A stretch of 56,407 nucleotides of DNA, the filler included, from Sphacelaria rigidula (taxonomy: Eukaryota): assembly GCA_964200075.2 (NCBI GenBank). It is 2 parts of 2 records of this genome, joined end to end, with 100 filler letters (N's around TTAATTAATTAA, not from the genome) between each part and the next. Parts side by side here need not be neighbours in the genome. Positions count along the whole stretch, not along the records: positions 28,334 to 56,407 come from CAXNAA020000104.1; 1 more part is not named here. One strand, given 5' to 3'. This document shows, piece after piece, positions 40,761 through 51,495 of the stretch. The translations under genes and the position numbers were made by a program. The notes beneath the pieces are model-generated. The model saw nothing but the letters and a program-made list of their open reading frames with translations, was not told the DNA's origin and made no database searches. Position 1 is the stretch's first letter. Each line of letters begins with the position of its first letter.

Positions 40761-43700
40761 GAGTCCGCCAGTATGGACGGAATGTGACTACATACTATGC
40801 ATCATATCCTTGTCTTATTCTTCCCAAGTTGTACAGTGGCATCTCCGAAAAAAAAACTGCTATCACTTTTTTCACCTTTACACCAATCACACAACGTGCT
40901 GGTGAGCACTCCATGCTTTGCGAGAGTACCTCGGGAAGCATTGACAATAAGACGACTTCTTGTCCGAACAAGAAGTCGCTTCTAGTTTTTTTTTTGCCGC
41001 GTCATGAGGCGGGCTATTTTATGCGAATGAAGATGTCAACGTTTTTACTCGCGACACAGATAAATGCCCTCGTTGCGCAAAAGACGAGGTGTCCTTTACA
41101 TATTTCCGCAAGACTTAGAGTGTAGCTTTTGCTCAAGAGTCGGCTTTGAATAGGAACGCGGTGTTTTTTCCATATGTTCATGTTAACGGATGAGACACAC
41201 ACCGACGTTTCTGGATGTCAGGTGTAGGGATACCGATTCAACAGATCACCTACCCCGCAGCGGTCAAAGAGTTAATTCGAATAACCTTGCGGGATACGTG
41301 CAGATTTAGAATCGTGAGCTGAACGAGTATTCGTAGAGAACGGTCAGTTTTGTTTAAACAACGCACAAAAAGAGGGGATTGGAGGTTTCAACCATCGGAA
41401 GATTCCTCTCATTAATATGCGCCGCTGTATATCGAGCATGTTATGATCATTACGCGTCGCACACAACACCATGCATGCGTTCCAAACTGCCCTGCCGGTT
41501 TTACGTCGAATGCTGGGTTAGGGTAGCAACCCGTCCCGATTTCAAAAGAATCGTCTGTGGACATTTATCTTCTTTCGGATTATGTCTCTAACGACTAACT
41601 CTTCGTTATGTGAACGCTTTGATCACCAGGGTTGGTAATCAGGGTGACGCAGTAACGTGTTTTTAAGTGAACACGAATGCCGATTCCACAAACGTCTGAA
41701 AATCCCACCCTCAAGCGTAGGCTACACTCTCAATCTGGCGAAAATGTTGTTCCTTGTACCGATTGGGCGATCCGAACCCATTTTCGGACGCTTAGATCAG
41801 GCTCCTATCAAAGCGGTCGTTGAGGTCGCCGTACGAAGCTGCCGTCCTCCAATACACTACGCGTCGACTGAAGGCGGCACCTCCTCTCTGCCGTAGATCA
41901 CACGGAGGCTTCGCGGTCGATTTGAGTGTTCCCCTCACCATGTGTCTTGTTTCACTTGAAAGGCATATATACCAGTGCCTTGTACTACAGACCAGATCGA
42001 AATGCGTCGCGATCTAGGAAGGCTGACGGCACGCGTGTGTTGTGATGTACTTCCGGCTTCTGGCTTTGGGTTGCCAGTCGTGCGTTAGAATTCCTCGAGG
42101 GAGCAACAGGAGAGGGAGGGTAGGGCCAGCCGCTGAGAATCACCGTCTACCAGCTTCTCCACTGCTACTCCAAACCGCAGTCGACCGTCATCATCTACCT
42201 CCCTGTCCGCATCGTCCTGCGCATCCGATGCCTTTTCTGGCCATACACGCTGAGTCCGCAACGGAAACTGGCGAGGCATAGACCGTCGTTCGGTAAGCTA
42301 CCCTAGGGAATCAATGGCGGCGTGCTTCGTCGTGGTTTGCTCGTCTTTGAACCGTCTTCTGGGTGAAGAAAGTGTCAAGATTGTTGTTGAAAACACGCTG
42401 TGTCGAACGTTACGGATGGACAACTGTTCGGGGGGCAGGGAGGGTTGTTGTGACCATTTCGAAGTGAATAAAATATCCAGTGCTTTTATTTGTCACATTT
42501 CTCCGGACGGTTGCACGGTGGCAGGTGAAAGTAGCCTGACCACGGTTCGGATGGGGGACACCTGACAAAAGAGTACCGACTGATTCAGAATACTGTCACC
42601 AGGTGTATGTTTTCGTAAAGGGAGAGTTCGGGTAATGAATGATGTCAAGCAGGACGCAAGAAGAGTCTGTTGACAATCAGTATAAGTGGCATGTTCTCCA
42701 CGTTTGGTTTGGTCGAGCAGTGCAATCTGACCTTGCGCTTTAACCTGTTTCAGGGTTTTTCCCCCACACATATCGACAAAATATCAAGCTGCTCATCCTG
42801 GACCGGTACTGCCATATTGAAGAACACCATATCAGGACCAGTGGTGTTTGGCGGCACCGCAGTGGTGCAGGTGCCGGAAGATATCACGCCCCCGGCGACA
42901 CTAGATTAGACCTTGAGTTTCCGGACAAATTCAACGATAAATGCGATGAAAGGGATATGCTCCGATGTGCCGAGGCTATCGAGAAAATCAAGTTTGATAA
43001 ACTTATTGCAAGCGGTGTATTCCTCTGCTGCCTAGCTTCGGTAGTTATGTTGATCCACGGCCGAGTGCGGCTGAAGTTGGCAACGTTCAACCAGTTGCCT
43101 TTCCAACTACCTGTCACACGTTTCCTTGGAGTACTCACTGAAACGTTCCTCGTCCCCCGTTTGCCTTGGCTCCATGACCCCCGCTTACTTTCACAGGCGC
43201 TCGTGTATTGGGCATCAACCTTGCGTGTCCCCTTTCAGTGGACTCCGTCACCCTTCTCGCGCATACCGTGTGGAGGTAATGCGCTATGTTTGCGTACCCT
43301 GTTTCCCGTGAGATGATCTGTATCTCCCGTTGTTGGTACGAAGTTAGCGCCGTGTGGTGCGCTTCCGTGTTTGCTGTCGTGGTAAAAGTGTTTTTTCAAG
43401 TTCTGGGGGGGGTGTGGGTTGGTTCATCCTGCGCCACATTATTGTCTTGGCATGCACGGTTGCCGGTGATCTTTGGTGCAGGTGTTACGGGTTCATGTTT
43501 GCCTTCAATACTCTCGCGTGTTGTTGTGCGAGACATGACGCGGCAAACGTAACTGGCTTCGATCGTGTATACGGCCAAGGGCGGAACCACGTTGCAAGTG
43601 CCGGAACGGTCTTGCATTGTACCCGGCCATGCTGTTGGTCTTTATGCCAAGGCATAAGGCATTGTGTCTCACCATGGATAAGCCAAAATAAACGCCCAGA

Positions 43701-43789
43701 GCCGCCCCATCAGTAGTATCGTGAGTTCATCTGTCTGCTGCCGCTATTGTTTTTCTGCTTGTTCTGGGAAGTGCCGATGTGGGTGTTCT

Positions 43790-46700
43790 CTTTTTGCGAG
43801 GTATGTTTGGGGGGCAGAGAGCGAAAGGGACCCGGTGGTAGTGAGTAATGTGCTAGCGACGACGAAGCCGGCGAACAGAGATTCGAGCCTGCAACACACC
43901 ATATGTGTGTAGGTATTGACCGGGTATCGTGGTTCGGGTGTTGATTGACGGGGGGGGGGGGCGTACTCATTTGTTGCTTGCCTTAGTCGTTTGACCATTG
44001 ACCGCGCATCCCTTTCGAGACGGAGCATTGACGGGGGGGGGGGGGGTTCATCGGCACATGCTTTTTGAGAGCGGAGCAAAAGGGACCCGGCGTTCATGAG
44101 TGATGTGATTTTGCGACGAAGCCGGCGAACAGAGATCCTCGCCAGCAAGAGGTGTGCACAAGTAAGTAGCCATGTCGTGTGTGTGCTGTATGCTTGTGGG
44201 TGTGCATGTTGAAGGGAGGATGGTGTGCGTGTGGCCGCTGACCCGGTATCAATTGTTCGGGTTTCGGTGACTGGGGGCATGATTGACTGCCAACCTTCTT
44301 TTCAAGGGCGGGACAAAAGGGACCCGGCGTTCGTGAGTGTCGTTTGTAGGTGACGAAAGAGCTGGCGAACAGAGATCCTCGTCCGCTAGAGATGTACACA
44401 AGTGAGTAGCCATGTCACGTGTCCACTGTGCTTCGGGGTGTGCACGTTGATTGAAGGTACGATCATGGCGAGTGTGAGTATCGGTTTTCGGGTGGTGATC
44501 GGATGGGCGTGGGGGAGGGGGAGGTCCTTGGCACGTGCTTCTTGGGAGCGGAGCAAAAGGGACCCGGCGTTCGTGGGTAGTGTGTGTAGGCGACGAAAAC
44601 CGGCGAACAGAGACTCTTGCCCGCAAGACGAGATATGTGTGATGGTTTCGTGTGCGGTGCTCGGGGGGTAGTACACGTCAAATAGAACAGCGTACACTGT
44701 GGCTGCTGACCTAGTATCGTTTTCTGGGTTTTGATTGACTAGGAGAATGCTTCATTGGCGCGTGCTTCTTGGGAGGGGGACAAAAGGGACCCGGTGTTCG
44801 TGAGTGGTGTGATTGATCGATGTAGCCGGCAAACAGAGATCCTCGTCAGCAAGAGGCATGCACAAGTAGCTGTGTCCGTATTGTGTGCGTGTATGTTTGT
44901 TCGTGTTGATTGAAGGTAGGATTGTGTTCGTATAGGTGTTGGCTCGGTATAGGTCTCTCGAGTATCGACTGGCTAGGGCAGGAGGCTTCTACTTGGCAAG
45001 TCATTCTTGAGAGCGAGGTAAAAGGGACCCGGCGTTCGTGAGCGATGTGTGTAAGCGACGAAGCCGGCGAACAGAGACTCTCGTCCGCAAGAGGCTTGCG
45101 CTATCAGCCATGTGCGTGGTGTACGTATATTGGTATGCATATTACTTGAAGGTGGGGTGGTGTGCGCGTACTGTAGTTCCATTGGGTATTGATCGACTAG
45201 CGAACATGGTTCATTTGCACGTACTTCTTGGGAGCGGGGCAAAAGGGACTCGGCGTTCGTGCGTGATGTGATTGAAGGACGAAGCCCACGAACAGAGATC
45301 CTCGTCTGCAAGGGGCCTGCGCAACTCGTCGTGTGTGCGGTGTGTCTATGTATTGATGTGCATGTGATTGAAGACACGGTCATGTGCGTGTAAGTCCTTG
45401 GCTTGGTAACATTTCATTGGGTATTGCTTGACCACGGTTGTCGTTCATCGGCACGTACTTCTTGGGAGCGGGGTGAAAGGGACCCGGCGTTCGTGAGAAA
45501 CGTGATAGAAGGACGGAGTCGGCGAACAGAAATCCTTGTCTGCAAGAGGCTTGCGCGATTGGCGGTGTGTGCGTTGTGTGTTGAGCGCGCGTGGTGATTG
45601 AAGGTGGGATCATGTGGGTACGCGTGGTATCGTTCCATCGGGTGTTGATTCACTGGCGGAGAAGGTCCATTGGTACGTGCTGCTTGAGACGGGGGCAAAA
45701 GGGACCCGGTGTTCGTGGGTAATGTGGTCGAAGGACGAAGCCGGCGAACAGAGATTCTTGTCTGCAAGAGGCTCACGCATTTGACCATGGATGCAGCGTT
45801 CTTATGGGTGTGTATATTGCTTGAAGGTGGGATCATGTGCGTGTGGGTGTTGAAGTATCGTTCTATAGGGTGTTAGTTTGCTGGCGGACATGGTTCATTG
45901 GCACGTGATGCTTAAGCCGGGGGCAAAAAGGACCCGGTGTTCGTGAGTAATGTAATCCAAGGACGAAGCCGGCGAACAGACGTTATAGTCTGCGTGACAT
46001 GTGCACAAGTAAGTAGCCCGTGTGTGCAGCGTGGGTGTGTGGGTGTGCATGCTGATTGAAGGTGGGATCATATGCGTGTGGGTGTTGACCGGATATCGTT
46101 TTTGCGGGTGTTGATTGACCAGGGGGGGGTGGTTCATCGGCGCATGCTTCTTGGCAGCGGAGCAAAAGGGACCCGGCATTCGTGAGTAATGTGATTGTGC
46201 GACGAAGCCGGCGAACAGAGATTCTCAACAAGAGATGTGCACATGTGACCATGTCGTGTGTGTGTGATGTATGCTGGTTGGTGCGCATGTTGAAGGGGGG
46301 GTCGTGTGCGCGTGGATGCTGACCCGCTATCGATTGTTCGGGTGTTGGGTGACGAGGGACGTGATTGACCGTCAATCCTGTCGTCAAGGGCGGGACAAAA
46401 GGGATCTGATGTTCGTGAGTGTCGTTTGTAGGTGACGGAGCCGACAAACAGAGATCCTCGTCCGCAAGAGATGTGCACAAGTGAGTAGCCATGCCACGTG
46501 TCCACTGCGCTTCGGCCGCGTAGATTGATTAAGGGTGGTATCATGTATGTGTGAGTATCGGTTTTCGGGTGATGATCGGCTGGGTGCGGGGCGGGAGTAC
46601 TTGACACGCACTATTTGGGAGCGGAGCAAAAGGGACCCGGCGTTCATGAGTAGTGTGCTAGCGACGAACCCGGCGAACAGAGACTCTCGCTCGGAAAACG

Positions 46701-49700
46701 AGGTGTGTGCAAGTAGTAATGTGTGCGGTGCTGGGGGGTAGTGTACGAGAAAGAGAACATCGTACGCTGTGGCTGCTGGCCTGGTATCGTTTTCCGGGTG
46801 TTGATTGACTAGGAGAATGCTTCATTGGCACGTACTTCTTGGGAGGGAGACAAACGGGACCCGGCTTTCGTGAGTGGTGTGATGGATCGACGAAGCCGGC
46901 AAACAGAGATTCTCGTCAGCAAGAGGCATACGCAAGTAGCTGTGTCCACAGTGTGTGTGTGTGTGTGTCTGTACATTTTGATTGAAGGTAGGGTTACGTT
47001 CGTGTAGGTGGTTGACCCGGTATCGGTTTTTCGAGTATCGGTTGGCTGAGGCAGGAGGCTTCTACTTGGCAAGTGCTTCTTGAGAGTAAGGTAAAAGGGA
47101 CCCGGCATTCGTGAGCAGTGTGTGTAGGCGACGAAGTCCGCGAACAGACATTCTCGTCTGCATGAGGTGTGCGCAGTCGGCCGTGTGTGCGCGGTCTGTG
47201 TGTATTGGTATGCATATTGCTTGAAGGTGGGATGGTGTGCCTGTAGGTCCTTGACCTGGCATTGTTCCAATGGGTGTTGATTGACTAGCGAACATGATTT
47301 ATTTGCACGTACTTCGTGGCAGGAGGGCAAAAGGGACCCGGCGTCCGTGCGTGATGTGATTGAAGGACGAAGCCGACGAACAGAGACTCTCGTCTGCAAG
47401 GGGCTTGCGCAATTGGTCGTGTGTGTGGTGTGTCTGTGTATTGGTGTGCATGTGATCGAAGACAGGATCGTGTACGTGTAAGTCCTTGGCTCGGTACTAT
47501 TTTGTTGGGTGTTGATCGACTAGGGGGGTGGTTCATCGGCACGTATTTGTTGGGAGCGGGACAAAAGGGACCCGGCGTTCGTGAGAAACGTGATCGGAGG
47601 ATGAAGTCGGCGAACAGAGATCTTTGTCTGCAAGAGGCTTGCGCGATTGGCAGTGTGTGCGTTATGTGTAAGGATATGCTCATCGATCGGTGTGGAGCTC
47701 ATGTGCGTGTAGGTGTTGACCTGCTATCATTTCTTCGAGTATTGATTCACTGGCGAAGTCTTATTGGCACGTGCTTCTTGGGAGCAGGGCAAAAGGGACC
47801 CGGTGTTCGTGAGAAACGTGATCGGAAGACGAAGCCGGCGAACAGATATTCTAGTCTGCAAGAGGCTTACGCAAGTAGCAGTGTGTGCTATGTGCCGTGT
47901 GAGTGCCGATTCATGAGGGGGGTCGGTATATTGGCACGTGCTTCTTGGGAGCGGGGCAAAAGGGATCCGGCGTTCGTCACTAATGCGACTGTGCGACGAA
48001 CCCAGCGAACAGAGATTCTCGTTAGCAAGAGGCACGCGCAAGTTGCCGTGTGTGTAGTATTTGAGGACGTGGGTGTGCATGCTGGTTGAAGGTAGGATCA
48101 TGTGCGTGTGGGTTGTTGGCTTAGTGTCGTTGTTTTTGAGTGTTGATTGGCGGAATAGTACTTCTCTGGCATGTGAATCTTGCCAGCAACGCAAAAGGGA
48201 CACGGCGTTCGTGAGCACTGTGAAGGTGCGACGACGCCGGCAAACAGAGATTCTCGTCTTCAAGAGGCTTGCGCAAGTAGCCGTGTGTGCGGTGAGTGTT
48301 GAATGGCTTGGTGGAATTATGTGCGTATAGGTTGTTGGAGCGGTATCGCCGTATTCAATGTTGATTAACAAGGGGGAGATGGTTTATTGGTATTGGCGTG
48401 TGCTTTCCGAAAGCGAGGCAAAAGAGACCCGACGTTCGTGAGCGATGTGAACGAGCGAGGACGCTGGCGAACAGAGATTCTCGTCCGCAAGAGATATACA
48501 CAAGGAACTAGCCATCTATGCAGTGTGGGTGGGGGCGTGAGTATGGATTGAAGGTAGGAGTATGTGCATGTAGGTTGTTGACCCAGTATCGTTTCAACGG
48601 GTGTTGATTGACCACGGAGAATAGTTTCTTGCCTCAACCACGTGCTTCTTGAGAGCGGGGCAAAAGGGACCCAGCGTTTGTGGGCAATATGAATATGCGA
48701 CGAAGCTGGCGAACAGAGATCCCCGTCAGCTAGAGGCTTGCGCATGAAGTCGTGTGTGCGGTGTGTGCTTGGGTGCGCACATTGGTTGAAGGTAGGATGG
48801 TGTACGTGTAGGATTGACCCGGTATCTTCGTACCGGGTTTTGATTGGCTGAAGCAGGGGGGCGCTCTTGGGGATGTACTTCTCGGAAGCGAGACAAAAGG
48901 GACCCGGCGTTCGTGAGCAATGTGAATGGGCAACGACGCCGGCGAACAGATATTGTCGTATACAAGAGGGGTCCGTGTGTATACTGTGTGGGGATATGGG
49001 CCTATTGATTGAATGTAGTATCATGGGCATTTAGATTCTTGATCCACTATCGTTCCATTGGGTGTTGGTTGACCAGCGGACATGATTCATTGTCACGCAC
49101 GTCTTGGGAGCAGAGCAAAAGGGACCCGGCGTTCGTGCGTGATGTGATCGAAGGACGAAGTCGGCGAACAGAGATTCTTGTCGGCAAGTGGCGTGCGCAA
49201 TCGTCCATGTCAGCGGTGTGAGCGTGGGTGTGTATATTGATTGAATGCACGATCAGGTGCGTGTAGGTCGTTAGCGCGGTGGTGTTCGGGAATTTGATTG
49301 GCCATGGCGAGTATATTGACAATTCTGTCTTCAAGGACGAGGCAACAGGGACCCGGCGTTCGTGCGTGATGTGATTGACCGACGAAGCCGGCGAACAGAA
49401 ATTCTCGTCTGCAAGAAGTGCGCGTAAGTGGCCGTGTGTGCGATGCTTTGTTGAGCATATCGATGAAGACAGGATCATGCGCGTGTAGCTCTTGACCTGG
49501 TGTAGTTTTAATGGGTGTTGATCGACTAGGCGGCTGGTTCATTGGCACGCTCTTCTCGGCAGCAGAGCAAAGGGAACCCGGCGATCGGGAGTGATGGGTG
49601 CAGGCGAAGCCGACGAACGGGTATTTTCGTCTGTAAGAGAGTAGATGTGCGTGAGTAGCCATGTGAGTAGTTGGTGGGTGTGGGTGTGGGTGTGTTAGAG

Positions 49701-50060
49701 GGGATTAAGTGCATGTGGATGCCTGGTATCACCGGTATCGCTTATGGGCGTGTTCAATACCTGTGGTAGAATGGGTTGAAGACCTCGTCTTTTTGAAGGC
49801 GGAGCAAAAGAGACCCGTTGCTCGTGAGAAAGTCATCATGTGTGCCGGGAGTTTTTAGGGGGTGTGCATGTCGAAGACACAGCCGTACCATCCGTGTGGC
49901 TGTCAATCTGGTATCGTCCGTTCGGATGTTGATTGGCCACGGGAAGTATTGATTGGCAATCCTGTGTTCAAGGGCGTGATGAAAGTGATTTGGCGTTCGT
50001 GAACACTGTGTGCAAACAACCAAGCCTGCGGACAGAGATTTCTTGCCCGTAAGAGATGTA
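43790..50060 (+). repeat. Tandem array of ~28 diverged ~230 bp units with a conserved dyad core (CAAAAGGGACCCGGCGTTCGT-N18-ACGAAGCCGGCGAACAGAGATYCTCGTCWGCAAGAGG)
   Basis: Core starts near 43824, 44077, 44314, 44554, 44781, 45019, 45240, 45476, 45696, 45924, 46163, 46396, 46627, 46851, 47092, 47328, 47562, 47790, 47957, 48192, 48419, 48661, 48894, 49116, 49343, 49568, 49805 (truncated), 49980 (degenerate). No sustained ORF across units. Confidence 0.95.
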
Positions 50061-50319
50061 TACAACTAGCCGTGTCTCTTGTGCAGTGTCGAGGGGGGTG
50101 AGTGGGTGTTGAAGAGGATATCATGCGCGTGTGGGTCTTGATCCTGTGTCGTTCGTCTGGGTGCTGTTGCACCCAATGGCCACAAACCGGAGACGCATAT
50201 TACAGCGCTCTACGCATTCATTCTTGAGGTTTGGAAGATTCGTTGCGGGTGGCTGTTGACCAGATATTGTTTGCTTTGATGTACACGGGCTATGTGGAGA
50301 GGATTCGACTGGCAACCTC

Positions 50320-51495
50320 GTTTGAAAGGGTGTGTGGAAGTGACCCGGTGTTCTTTGAGTGATATGCTGTGTACAGGTTAGGTAGGAGGGGAGGCGTGGG
50401 GGGGCTAGTTGGGATTTTCGCTCGCAAGGGCGAGGGGTGATAGTGACCCGGTGTTCTTGGGTGATGTGTCATGTGCAGACTAGGTGGCGGGGGGGAGGGG
50501 GGGGTAGCCGGCAATTTTGTTTGCAAGGGCGGGGAGTGAAAGTGAACCGACGATCTTATTGAGTGATGTATCATAGACAGGCTAGGTGGTGGTGGGGGGT
50601 TCAGTTGGTAATCTTGTTTGCAAGGGCGGAGCAAAAGTGACCCGAGGTTCTTGAGTGATGTATTGTGTACAGGATAAGTGAGGGGGATTTGAGTTGATCA
50701 TTTTGTCTGTAAGAATGAGGTGGAAGTGACCAAACACTCTTGAGTGATGTGTCATGTACAGAGGGGAGGGAGTGGTCGCCAATTTCGTTTGCAAGGGCGC
50801 GGGGGGCGAAGATGACCCAGAGTTCTTGACTGATTCGTCATGGATAGTCTAAGTAGGGGGGGGAGTAGCTAGTTGGCCGTTTTGTTTGCAAGGGCGAGGG
50901 ATAAGAGTGAATCAGCGTTCTTGAGTGATCTGTTATGTACAGTCTACGTGGAGGGGGGGGGGCTAGTTGTTTTTCTTTTGCACGGGCGGGGGGTGAAAGT
51001 GGCCCGGTGTTTTTGCGTGATGTGTCATTTACAAACTAGGTGGAGGAGGGTCTAGTTGGCCATTTTGTTTGCAAGGATGGGGGGTGATAGGGGCCCAGTA
51101 TTCTCGAGTGATGTGTCATGTGTAGACTAGGTGGGAGTGGGAGGGGGGCTAGGCGACGATTTTTTTGCAAGGGCGGGGGGTGACAGTGACTCAGAGTTCC
51201 TGGGTAATGTGTCACATACAGACTAGGTGGGGAGCGGGCTAGCCGGCAGTTTTGTTTGCAACGACGGGGAGTGAGAGTGACTTGGAGCTCTTGAGTGATG
51301 TGTCATGTACAGACTTTGTGGGCGGCGGGCTAGCCGACAATTTTGTTCGCAAGGGCGGGGAGCGAAAGTGACCCGGAGTTCTTGAGTGGTGTGTTTTGCA
51401 CAGGCGAGGCAGGGAGGGACTAGTCGACAATTTAGTTGTAAGGATGGGGTGGAAGTGACCCGACCTTCTTGAGTGTTGTGTCATGTACAGACTAG
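50320..51495 (+). repeat. Tandem array of ~13 G-rich ~93 bp units (TTTGCAAGGGCGGGG..AAGTGACCCGG.GTTCTTGAGTGATGTGTCATGTACAGACTAGG..G-run..CTAG)
   Basis: GTGACCC-like anchor near 50340, 50443, 50542, 50637, 50726, 50812, 50907, 50999, 51090, 51186, 51277, 51368, 51455. Confidence 0.93.

Noticed and set aside
42380-43175. Decayed minus-strand ORF with a Ulp1-like HW motif
   Set aside because: Manual translation gave several stops, close to chance expectation, and no Q..CG catalytic motif was found.
44077-49420. HDV-like ribozyme in each unit (hairpin + GGCGAA, plus a TYCTCGT L3-like motif)
   Set aside because: The L3-like motif lies 3' of the J4/2-like motif, the reverse of HDV topology, and no P1/P2 partners were found. 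No hammerhead CTGATGA/GAAA core either. An RNArobo search or a cleavage assay would settle it.
43744-49662. Many minus-strand ORFs with repeated RISVRRLR..TNAGSLL peptides
   Set aside because: They are by-products of the tandem repeat; frames shift between units and stops are frequent.
43790-50060. CRISPR- or TIGR-like guide array
   Set aside because: Loops and linkers are homologous to each other and duplicated in blocks rather than unique spacers. The period is ~230 bp, and no cas or Nop-domain gene is nearby.
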